Shown here: one piece after another, positions 16,971-25,680 of the stretch | Layout of the letters: the number at the start of each line of letters is the position of its first letter | Position numbering within the stretch: the first letter of the stretch is position 1 | Source: a virus | Virus record (IMG/VR): IMGVR_UViG_3300000115_000005 | Direction: 5' to 3' (one strand) | Length of the DNA: 64,000 nucleotides | Position numbers and translations under genes: made by a program | Notes under the pieces: generated by a model | Seen by the model: the letters and a program-made list of their open reading frames with translations, nothing else | Told to the model about the DNA's origin: nothing | The model's database searches: none

Positions 16971-18853
16971 TACCCTGTTCCTGGAAATCGTTTTGCTCTA
17001 AAAGTTTTTAAATTAATACCAACTTTTTTAAGTTCATCTTCCTTTTGTGCTGAAATAGAAGCCGTAGTAGTATCACCTGTAAGTTCTTTAAACGGTATTA
17101 CTACACCTTTTTTTAATCGACCTTTATTGGTCAAACTATTATATTCTTTAGAATATGAATTAAGAGCCATTCCAGGTTCTATACCTTTGTCTATGGATTC
17201 ATATTGCGTGGTTTTCTCGGACGCCTTCTTTTCCGAGAGTTCGTTTGGTTTGTAGTATTCGCTATCTTGTGACCCGAAGTACCATGCGTTAAATGTGTTG
17301 TTGACATTCTTGGTTCCGAGTTTGCTCTTTTTTGTTTTATGTGATACTGCCTCGGAAAATTCTCTCTCAAGAACTCGTCCAAAGCTTTGTCTATTTCCTC
17401 TTTGATCACTTTCCTTATCATATTTCCAATCATATTCATTACTTAAATCCTCCTTCGTTATTTTACCTTTACCAAAATTAGAGACCATTACAGGTTTACC
17501 ACCTTTTCCTGGTCTATTTGCAACTGGGTCATGTTTACGCTTCACACGAACAGCAGCTGCACGTTCTTTTTTAGAAAGCTTAGCTCTCTTTTCTTTTGAC
17601 ATACATTTTGGTTTTGGCTCACCTGGCTTTCTTGCACATGGTCCAGCTACATTACCTTTTGAGTCGATTCTTTTCCAATCACCTTGTGGATGATCTTTAG
17701 AAAACCATTGCCTCAAATCTTCATCAAATGTATCTTCAAATAATTCATCAATACCTTTTATGTTATTGGACATTTTATCCTCTAACCATTCTTTTAAATC
17801 AAATATTCTTTGTTGAAAGTGGTACTCTGTTAAATCTTCTGAGTTATCAAATTCAATGTAATCTTCTTTAAAAACATCTTCAAAATATGGCTTCACCATA
17901 TTTACTAATTCCCATTTTTGATGTCTTAGTTCCTCGTTCATGACTCTTTTTCTAGACTCATTTCTTAATTTTGAAACGTCATTTGTTGTAGAAACAAGAA
18001 CCATTGTTGTTTTATAATTTTGTTCTTCTAATTTTTCTTTTATTTTACTTAAAGTTTTAATCTCATGAGCATTACCATTAATTACAAGGTTTGATCTTTC
18101 ATGAGTATCATATCTTTTTTCCATGATATATTCAAAAGCTTTATCCGTATTCACTTCTCTAAGATTAAAATCTTCTAATACACTTTTGAATATGTAATCT
18201 TTACCAGAACCAGGACCACCAATTAAAAATACTGCAACATCTTCTGCAATCTTCATGCCTTTGCGAGTATCATTGTACATATGTTTTACATGAGAATCAC
18301 TCATTTTTGATGGAGCCCCTGATTTAAATGACTTGTAATCACCTTTAACTGCGTGTCCTCTCATCTTAGTGCCTGACATACCAGATGTAGTTTGACTATC
18401 TGGATCTCTATCACCAGATGAATGTATTGTTATCTTTTTAAAGTTGTATAATGCTTTTGAATGTGTACCATTATATCTATCGAGAGTGTTTTTAAACTCT
18501 GAGACACGGTCTGAACCTGCAACAACGTGTAGGTGTGATACACCTTTTTTATGTAACTTAGCTGCTTGTTTTAAATAATTTGGATTTTCTTTATCTGAAG
18601 TGGATAAATTGGCACGTGGAAATGCCTTCTTAGCGTGTTTTAACTTATCAGTTGGTGAAAGTGGATTTTTATTTTTGTCTTGACTATGAGATAATACAAC
18701 ATGGTGTGAACCACCAACTTGTCTTGCGACTTGTTGCACTTTATTTACAAGTTTTTCATGGCCTTTTGTAATCGGGTTCATTCTACCGAATGACATTACG
18801 GCATGATTATCTTTTTTTGATAGATTTTCATCTATGTAGTCTAGAAATTTCAT
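16970..18853 (-). CDS. cytidylyltransferase-like (HxGH) domain fused to a P-loop kinase and basic modules
   Basis: FGRMNPITKGH, VAGSDR, GMSGTKMR; GGPGSGK Walker A; DLRQWF..PKC module. Confidence 0.8.
   Translation of the reverse strand: MKFLDYIDENLSKKDNHAVMSFGRMNPITKGHEKLVNKVQQVARQVGGSHHVVLSHSQDKNKNPLSPTDKLKHAKKAFPRANLSTSDKENPNYLKQAAKLHKKGVSHLHVVAGSDRVSEFKNTLDRYNGTHSKALYNFKKITIHSSGDRDPDSQTTSGMSGTKMRGHAVKGDYKSFKSGAPSKMSDSHVKHMYNDTRKGMKIAEDVAVFLIGGPGSGKDYIFKSVLEDFNLREVNTDKAFEYIMEKRYDTHERSNLVINGNAHEIKTLSKIKEKLEEQNYKTTMVLVSTTNDVSKLRNESRKRVMNEELRHQKWELVNMVKPYFEDVFKEDYIEFDNSEDLTEYHFQQRIFDLKEWLEDKMSNNIKGIDELFEDTFDEDLRQWFSKDHPQGDWKRIDSKGNVAGPCARKPGEPKPKCMSKEKRAKLSKKERAAAVRVKRKHDPVANRPGKGGKPVMVSNFGKGKITKEDLSNEYDWKYDKESDQRGNRQSFGRVLEREFSEAVSHKTKKSKLGTKNVNNTFNAWYFGSQDSEYYKPNELSEKKASEKTTQYESIDKGIEPGMALNSYSKEYNSLTNKGRLKKGVVIPFKELTGDTTTASISAQKEDELKKVGINLKTFRAKRFPGTG
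17191..17439 (-). CDS. nested out-of-frame gene, Arg-rich tail
   Basis: AAGGAGG 9 nt before the ATG; IRKVIKEEIDKALDEFLRE helix; RKRRRPRKPR tail. Confidence 0.5.
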   Translation of the reverse strand: MNMIGNMIRKVIKEEIDKALDEFLRENFPRQYHIKQKRANSEPRMSTTHLTHGTSGHKIANTTNQTNSRKRRRPRKPRNMNP

Positions 18854-18887
18854 AAGCCTCTGCAGCTAATAAGTTAATTATTTCTGT

Positions 18888-18895
18888 TATTTATA
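18888..18895 (-). promoter_or_regulatory. T4-type late promoter TATAAATA
   Basis: exact motif at the head of the 18853-13164 gene block. Confidence 0.75.
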
Positions 18896-18898
18896 CAT

Positions 18899-19657
18899 TT
18901 AAGTTTTTATGGTTAGCACATCTCCATCAACAAATTGTTCTACTCCTGCTTTTTCATCAACTGGTCTAGATGCAGGTACAAATGGTGTATTATCAGAACT
19001 TCCACCACCTTGATTTCTGCCAAACTCTAAAGGTTGTTTCCAATGTATTTCACCTCTTTCAAATACAATTACACTATCATAAAATGTAATTGATTGTGTG
19101 GATCTAGTGAAATCATCTGGTTCTACCTGACCTTTTGTATGATCTGCATTGAGTTTATCAACCAAGTTTTTAGATACATTTACAATTGATTCTGGTTCAT
19201 TTAGACCACCACCATGAGTATCTTTCCAATAAGCTGCGTGTGTATCTTCAACAAGATAAACTCCGTTCTTAGACATCTTTGAGTACAAATACTGGAATGT
19301 TTTGTTTACATGAGCGACTTGATGACTACCATCATCTATGATAATATCAAATTCACCAAATTCATCTACTAACTCTTGTAAAAATTTTTCATCTGATTGA
19401 TCACCGATACGAATAATAGTACCTGGTATTTCATAGTTTGAACAAGATGGTGTTATATCAATTGCAACTATCTTTGAAAGTGGGCCAAAATATTTCTGCC
19501 ACATAGGTAGAGAACCACCATTTAAAACACCAATCTCTAATATCTTTACTGGTTTATTTCTAAACCTTTCAAAATGTTTTTCATATATTGGAAAGTAATG
19601 TGTCCATCTTGTAATTTTATTACCATCATTCTCTAAAAAGTATTTCCATAAATTCAT
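18899..19657 (-). CDS. class I SAM-dependent methyltransferase (sugar O-methyltransferase-like)
   Basis: ILEIGVLNGGS, IIIDDGSH, GVYLVED; likely start MNLWKY. Confidence 0.88.
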   Translation of the reverse strand: MNLWKYFLENDGNKITRWTHYFPIYEKHFERFRNKPVKILEIGVLNGGSLPMWQKYFGPLSKIVAIDITPSCSNYEIPGTIIRIGDQSDEKFLQELVDEFGEFDIIIDDGSHQVAHVNKTFQYLYSKMSKNGVYLVEDTHAAYWKDTHGGGLNEPESIVNVSKNLVDKLNADHTKGQVEPDDFTRSTQSITFYDSVIVFERGEIHWKQPLEFGRNQGGGSSDNTPFVPASRPVDEKAGVEQFVDGDVLTIKT

Positions 19658-19658
19658 A

Positions 19659-20363
19659 TCAATATTCCTCTGTTTTTCCTGTTCCAGCCATAATACCTTC
19701 AACATACAATCTTTTAAGTTCTACCACATATTTTTTATTCAATTCTCTAAAATGTGCGTGTTCTGTATCTATATTATAAGCCATGCAAGAGTTTAGTGCT
19801 TTGTTTAAAGTTCTAATATAATCATCAATCAAAGAAGGACAAAGTGAAAAAAATCTAGTAATAAACAAGTGATCTGTTACACTTTTATCTGGCATCCAAG
19901 TTTCAATTCTTTCTTTAAAAACGTATTTACCAAATAAATTAGAGTTGTCATATATTCCAATATTAAACTTATCTTGTAATAACGATCTAGCTGAATATTT
20001 GAAAATTCTTTTTACAGAGTATAACAGTTTAGCTAATTCTGGGTGTTGTTTCAATAAAAAAAGTGTCTTAAGCAACAAAGTAATTTCAGCTTCACTCTTT
20101 CTACCAGTCTTAGATAATTCTCTCACTTGTTCATCATGAGCCCAATATACTTGTCCATTAACTAACTTGTCTATTTGATTACTTTTTTCATCTTCTATCC
20201 CTCCAGGTGATCCATCAGAGAGTAGAATATAAGCATTAGGTAGTTTTTCTCTCAGGTTTTTAAGACCATCTAAAGTTTGTTTAAGTCTATCATCTTTACT
20301 AATTACACCGATTGTAGGCTCTAAAGCTGATGTTACAATAAATAAATTTTTATCGGGTATCAT
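19659..20363 (-). CDS. putative glycosyltransferase-like protein
   Basis: FIVTSA..RLKQT..IFKYSAR..DTEH; located in the sugar cluster. Confidence 0.5.
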   Translation of the reverse strand: MIPDKNLFIVTSALEPTIGVISKDDRLKQTLDGLKNLREKLPNAYILLSDGSPGGIEDEKSNQIDKLVNGQVYWAHDEQVRELSKTGRKSEAEITLLLKTLFLLKQHPELAKLLYSVKRIFKYSARSLLQDKFNIGIYDNSNLFGKYVFKERIETWMPDKSVTDHLFITRFFSLCPSLIDDYIRTLNKALNSCMAYNIDTEHAHFRELNKKYVVELKRLYVEGIMAGTGKTEEY

Positions 20364-21415
20364 TTACCACTCTTCAACAATGTTAAGTATTGGTCTAAGT
20401 CATCTTTATCTCTTTTAAGATTGATTGCTGTTGCTCTAGGGTATGGGTTTTGATTGTGAAAATCATTTATTAATATCCTATCTGCATTTGGTAACCCAAT
20501 CAATAATTCATAATCTTTAAATCCTAAATTATCAAGTGTAGCTCGTGTATATTCTTCAACTTCTTTTTCTCTTGCTGTAGTAAAAACAAACTTAGATCCA
20601 TTTTTCTGTAAGTCTAAAAGTACCTTTACATTTTTTTCAAGAGGCTTACCTAGTACAGACATTGCATTATTACCGACTCTGCTCTGCGATTTCACAACGG
20701 TGCCATCTATATCACAAAATATAACTGGTTTATTATTCCATTCAAACCAATCATTAGCAGTTCCAACATCTACATAATCTTCCACATATTTTGTGTAGAA
20801 TACTTCTTCGTTATATAAAGCTCTTGCAATTACATCTGATACAAATATTTCACCATCAGTAAGAATTTCTCTATAATTATCTAAGAATACTTTGGCTGAT
20901 TCAAACTTATAACCACCAACACAAAATATATCAGATACAACTTTCTTTTCTATAATTTGGTTTATGATACCTTGTTCATTTGAAATGATAAAACTTTTAG
21001 AGGATAACTTTTTCAATACTTCATGAAATGATATATTAGAAACACAAACATAGTTACCCTCAGTACATTTATGTTTGAAAAAACTATCACAATCCTTGAT
21101 AAAAATTTCATCATTTTCATCTATGGGCATTTTTTCTAATATTTGATAAACAGTTTCAGCAGGTCCTCTTGTAGGATTATCTAAGATTACAATGTTTATT
21201 CTAAATCCATATTGTTCACGAATAAACTCTGAAGCTTGATATGCCTTATCATGTTCTTTTAAAATACCAATTGTAATATTATATTTCTCATCATCTAAGA
21301 ATTGTTCTATCGCATTATGAAACATCATCTTATTGTGTCGGCCAAATAAAAGAAATTTTGGTTTCATATTAGGAAATCTGGAAGAAGCCCCAGCGGCTGG
21401 TATAATTATTTCCAT
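20360..21415 (-). CDS. sugar nucleotidyltransferase fused to a HAD phosphatase
   Basis: IIPAAGASSRF..PKFL, KDCDS, DVGT; C-terminal FCDIDGT..TTAR..IND. Confidence 0.88.
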   Translation of the reverse strand: MEIIIPAAGASSRFPNMKPKFLLFGRHNKMMFHNAIEQFLDDEKYNITIGILKEHDKAYQASEFIREQYGFRINIVILDNPTRGPAETVYQILEKMPIDENDEIFIKDCDSFFKHKCTEGNYVCVSNISFHEVLKKLSSKSFIISNEQGIINQIIEKKVVSDIFCVGGYKFESAKVFLDNYREILTDGEIFVSDVIARALYNEEVFYTKYVEDYVDVGTANDWFEWNNKPVIFCDIDGTVVKSQSRVGNNAMSVLGKPLEKNVKVLLDLQKNGSKFVFTTAREKEVEEYTRATLDNLGFKDYELLIGLPNADRILINDFHNQNPYPRATAINLKRDKDDLDQYLTLLKSGK

Positions 21416-22152
21416 AAACGATTTATCTCCTTCAATATAAACTTTCTATTACTATCTCCATTTTCAGTATGTAAATAAACTCTTAACAACATAAGAATTA
21501 AAAGATAATCATTTTTTGCAAAACCAAATTTACTAAAAACTTGGTCTTCCAGATTTTGTAACTTAACATCTAACTTAATATTTTTGTTTCTTAAAAACCA
21601 CCTACAAGTTAAATCTTGCCTTAATTTGGCTAGGTCGAATACATACGAATCATATTCAATTGTAACTGGATCTATCATTGTAAAGGATTCTTCATTAAAA
21701 ATCAAGTTTTCTAGGGTAAAGTCGCCATGATATGTTGACCTTGGCAAGTGACTTGGCAATCTATCAATGAGTTCCTTTTTTATAAAAGGTAAATCATCTA
21801 CTGAATCAATCCAATCAAGCTTTGTGTCATAGACATTACTATAATCCACTTTTATAGCGTCTTTAGCAAATGAATCTATTGTTTGAATTATAAAATTACC
21901 TAATCTCTTTGTACTTCTAGTTTTTAGGTACTCCAAAATATCAAGACCATGAATATACTCCATCTCAATATAGTTTTCAGATGAGTCATATATTGCTGGA
22001 ACATTGTAACCTTTTTCATTTAGACCTATTAACCTTTCAATATTTCTTTCCACATTGCCATTCTTTCTTACAAAAAATTCTTTATCGTCTTTTATAAGTA
22101 ATATTTCAGAACCCGAATGTCCAATAAATTCTTTTACTATCTTTTTTTCCAT
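21406..22152 (-). CDS. APH/choline kinase-like phosphotransferase
   Basis: GHSG, MEYI, YHGDFTLENL, MIDP, DLAKLRQD. Confidence 0.85.
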   Translation of the reverse strand: MEKKIVKEFIGHSGSEILLIKDDKEFFVRKNGNVERNIERLIGLNEKGYNVPAIYDSSENYIEMEYIHGLDILEYLKTRSTKRLGNFIIQTIDSFAKDAIKVDYSNVYDTKLDWIDSVDDLPFIKKELIDRLPSHLPRSTYHGDFTLENLIFNEESFTMIDPVTIEYDSYVFDLAKLRQDLTCRWFLRNKNIKLDVKLQNLEDQVFSKFGFAKNDYLLILMLLRVYLHTENGDSNRKFILKEINRLWK

Positions 22153-22835
22153 TTAGCACAATCATCACGAATTAAACTATGCCAGGTTCCATTAAAATCA
22201 CCTGGAGGGAATGGATTATTCATATCCACATATGTCAAAAATTTACCATGTAACCCATACTCATGTAAATGGGCTTTCATCATATCTTCACCGATCATTG
22301 AAACCTTTTGATCGTAATAGTGGTTCATATTATTGTAAATAGTCATTCTCTTATTCATAATATTAGATGAGCTAAATGCAAATTGATCGTTACCAAAATC
22401 TTTTTCTGGAACCATTCTACAATTTGGTATATAAAGTACCCATGGATTCATTTTATAGAATGGTATAACAATATTTAAAGCATAATCAGGCCTCGATTTA
22501 ATCACCCAATCATAATTCTTTTTTAATTCCATTTCTTTTTTAATTTTTAATTCACAGGACCTCTGCATACTATAAAGCATTGACACCGTAAAACGAGGTG
22601 GGTGGTTTATAGCATCTGGAGTATTTTTATATCTTTCATCATAATCACCTTTAAGTTCATTTTCTAGAAGAGATGAAACTGGTTTATATAATTTTATATA
22701 CTCTTCAGCTTCATCAGAATTCCATGAATGTATAAATGTATCAACATCATAGTGATCTAGTAAATTCTTCTTGTGATATTCATAACCTTTTTCAAAACTT
22801 CTAGGTTGACCGGATAAACATAGGGCTATTTTCAT
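22137..22835 (-). CDS. putative glycosyltransferase
   Basis: MKIALCLSGQPR, YDWVIKSRPD, NDQFAF. Confidence 0.65.
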   Translation of the reverse strand: MKIALCLSGQPRSFEKGYEYHKKNLLDHYDVDTFIHSWNSDEAEEYIKLYKPVSSLLENELKGDYDERYKNTPDAINHPPRFTVSMLYSMQRSCELKIKKEMELKKNYDWVIKSRPDYALNIVIPFYKMNPWVLYIPNCRMVPEKDFGNDQFAFSSSNIMNKRMTIYNNMNHYYDQKVSMIGEDMMKAHLHEYGLHGKFLTYVDMNNPFPPGDFNGTWHSLIRDDCAKWKKR

Positions 22836-23407
22836 TTTGAATACTTTAAATTAATTTTAGAGTGGTGTTGTTCATCAGCTCTAACTTTTTTAATTAAATC
22901 AGAAAGTTTAGCATCTTCTTGCATTTGATAATACTCAATTGCTCTTTTAGGTGCAGGCACGTTTTCAATTTGTCCATTCTCAACCATATAGAGGTATTCT
23001 GTGTAAGACTTAACTGCTTCACGTTCAAAATAAAAAATCATTTTGTGTGCGGTTTTAGGAAAAAATACATAAAGAAAAAAATAAAAGACCCAAAAAGTTG
23101 CCTGTGAAAAAATAACTAACCATCTTTCAAAGAAATTAGGTCTAGCTATTTCTATAAAAAACATTAAATGTTGTCTTTCATTTTCGGCTTCTGCAATTAA
23201 TTCTCTAATCATAGGTCCATGGCCAGTTTCCATTTTTCTTAAACTTCTCAAATGAATCCACATTCCTGCAACAATACCAGGAACTCCAGCTACAGTTTCT
23301 AGAACTACAGCTCTATGACCATATCTCTTAGCAAAAAAAGTGTCTGCCAAAAATCTAAAAAACTTTGTCATTGATTTAGCAAACCAATCTGATATTTTTC
23401 TTTTCAT
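22832..23407 (-). CDS. aox: alternative oxidase (ubiquinol oxidase)
   Basis: LETVAGVPG, EAENERQHL, FEREAVKSY and VRADEQHH di-iron motifs; likely start MKRKIS. Confidence 0.95.
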   Translation of the reverse strand: MKRKISDWFAKSMTKFFRFLADTFFAKRYGHRAVVLETVAGVPGIVAGMWIHLRSLRKMETGHGPMIRELIAEAENERQHLMFFIEIARPNFFERWLVIFSQATFWVFYFFLYVFFPKTAHKMIFYFEREAVKSYTEYLYMVENGQIENVPAPKRAIEYYQMQEDAKLSDLIKKVRADEQHHSKINLKYSK

Positions 23408-24276
23408 GTAGAATACTTCATTTGTATGATGTGTCGCCAAGCAGGAACTCTATCGTATTGGTGTACAATACAAAAGTCTTTACTACCATCAGATGTTTTA
23501 ACAGATCCACTTTCCATAATAGGGCTTGATTCTAACAAGTGTGACTTAAATTCTTGTATCTTAGCTGGATCTGCCGTTGTACCTAATTGACAAGCCCAGC
23601 CATCTTCTGACTTAAAATATTTTGATTTTTGTTTGTAGGGGGATTGTGAAACCATAAAGTTAAATGTAGATTGGTCACATATTGGTATAGGTTTACCCAT
23701 GCAAGATGAAAATATATTAATCATTAGAGATTTCATAGCATAACCTGTGCCAGCTAAAACACCTACATTATAGATTTCATTTTCTTTGAAAATTTCATGT
23801 ACATATGGTCCATAAGTTTCAAGAAGATTTTGATTACCCCATGGTTCATTTTTATATAAAATACTTTCAGAGGAGAAAAAATAGTCATAATGATCATTAT
23901 TATTAAAGTAAAAACAATGTTTCTCTTTATACTCTTCTATCCATTTAACTGGATCTTTTTGGAATATAACGTCTTTAACATCTGTTGTAATAACCCAATC
24001 ATACTCTGGTGATTTTTTTAAATAATCATATATGTGTATAAATCTTTCAACATGAGGTGGCATTTTTGAATCATGAACTAAATTACCCTCATCATCTTTA
24101 TTGAAACCTATGATTTTAAAACCAGCTTGTTCAACTTTGATAACTGTTTCTTTATCACAATTTAATAATATTAAAACTTTATCACCTTCAAATCCACTTT
24201 GATTAATTGAATTACACCAATATTGTAGTGTATTCCAATCATAATTACTAGCACATCCTATAATCAAGTTACGCAT
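23404..24276 (-). CDS. putative glycosyltransferase
   Basis: TDVKDVIFQ (DxxD), NVGVLAG, DQSTFN, IVHQYDR. Confidence 0.75.
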   Translation of the reverse strand: MRNLIIGCASNYDWNTLQYWCNSINQSGFEGDKVLILLNCDKETVIKVEQAGFKIIGFNKDDEGNLVHDSKMPPHVERFIHIYDYLKKSPEYDWVITTDVKDVIFQKDPVKWIEEYKEKHCFYFNNNDHYDYFFSSESILYKNEPWGNQNLLETYGPYVHEIFKENEIYNVGVLAGTGYAMKSLMINIFSSCMGKPIPICDQSTFNFMVSQSPYKQKSKYFKSEDGWACQLGTTADPAKIQEFKSHLLESSPIMESGSVKTSDGSKDFCIVHQYDRVPAWRHIIQMKYST

Positions 24277-24297
24277 TATTTACTCCAATTTAAGTTA

Positions 24298-25386
24298 CTA
24301 TCCTTTTATATATTGTTTAAATTTAACCAGTTGTCCTGGTGTCATTCTCTTATAATTTTTTACTACTTTATCCGTGCCCTCTTCTCCAGCTCCGTATTCT
24401 TCTTCAACACTACCTTTTTTATAATATGGATTTTTTGGGTTAGCATCTTCACTTTCATCTGGCCACCAATCATTAGTGTAAGTTTTACCAGATTCATTCA
24501 TCTTAATCATGTCTTTTATTCTTTTTTCATATTCATCTTTACTAGGTTTCACCCTCTTTGCAACAACATCAAGAACATAATTAAGTGTTACTGCATTTGC
24601 TGTAAGTGAACCACATCTAGCACCAACTTGATTTTTTAGAAAGTCAATTAAAATACTTTCACTACTATTTGCCAAAGGGTCAGCTAAATCATGTGGCACT
24701 TTTAAGTCAACATAACTATACACGAAATCATAGTGTGGTGCAGGTGATCCATGTAAGATGTATTCATCTTTTACAACTATTCTTTGAAAGCCATCTTTTG
24801 CATACCAAACAGCTCTATGATCTGTAAGTTCATCTGGTTGACCAAAAGTTTTTGTTAAATGTTTTGTGTACTTTACTGGTTCTTCATTTTTCCAGTTTTC
24901 TAATGGTGAATTTTTCATTTCGTTTACGCTCTTGTGTAGTTTAACTCCTGTAACATTATGAATCAAATCACGAAATTCTTTATGATTTTTATTTTTAATA
25001 TGTGAATTCAATTTTCTTTTTTGGTTAGGTGTAGCTTTTGAATGAAACTTCACTAACTCCATAACTCCAAGATTACCAGAATATGCAGCTTCATTCATTT
25101 TCTTTGTTTTCTTTTTCATAACATTAATAAAACTACGATACACAGCGGCTGCACCTGTTTTACCCATTACTCTAGCTCTTTGTTCCATAGCTATCGCTGC
25201 TTGAATCTTATGGGCGTGTGATCGTCCGCTTGACTTAATTTTTCGTACTGAAGCTTCTGCATCAGACTTACTTGCGAATTTGAGCCCGTGAATGGTTCCT
25301 TTCGGATCCTCGTCTGTGTAGAGGTCTGAGTGCTTTTTAGATTTTGCTGGTTGACCCGATTTTCTTGAGATTCTTGGATTACTCAT
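24298..25386 (-). CDS. modular hypothetical protein (probable head-internal)
   Basis: HSDLYTDEDPKGTIHGL module; MNE/VNE/VEEE linkers; YGAGEEGT..TPGQ tail. Confidence 0.65.
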   Translation of the reverse strand: MSNPRISRKSGQPAKSKKHSDLYTDEDPKGTIHGLKFASKSDAEASVRKIKSSGRSHAHKIQAAIAMEQRARVMGKTGAAAVYRSFINVMKKKTKKMNEAAYSGNLGVMELVKFHSKATPNQKRKLNSHIKNKNHKEFRDLIHNVTGVKLHKSVNEMKNSPLENWKNEEPVKYTKHLTKTFGQPDELTDHRAVWYAKDGFQRIVVKDEYILHGSPAPHYDFVYSYVDLKVPHDLADPLANSSESILIDFLKNQVGARCGSLTANAVTLNYVLDVVAKRVKPSKDEYEKRIKDMIKMNESGKTYTNDWWPDESEDANPKNPYYKKGSVEEEYGAGEEGTDKVVKNYKRMTPGQLVKFKQYIKG

Positions 25387-25679
25387 TGACCTCTCGTTAA
25401 TTTTAAAACTCTTTGCATTTGTTTTTCTAATAAATTACCACGATTGGGCCAATGGATATAGGCCTGCTCTCTGGATTTATATAGGTTAGTTAAGAAAGGC
25501 ATAATTAATTGTTCTAGCTCTTTCAGCCTATCTTTGTATGATTCTACTGTTAAATCTTTTTGATAATTAGTTTTTTCTAATTCGTCTTTGACTTTTTCAT
25601 ATTCTGTTTCATCAACAGCAGTAAATCCAAAATCAATGTCTCCATACTCTTGTAATATTTTATCTATATCGTATGCCAT
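25383..25679 (-). CDS. conserved phage hypothetical protein
   Basis: DFGFTAVDE..IMPFLTNL..YIHWPNR. Confidence 0.8.
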   Translation of the reverse strand: MAYDIDKILQEYGDIDFGFTAVDETEYEKVKDELEKTNYQKDLTVESYKDRLKELEQLIMPFLTNLYKSREQAYIHWPNRGNLLEKQMQRVLKLTRGQ

Positions 25680-25680
25680 T

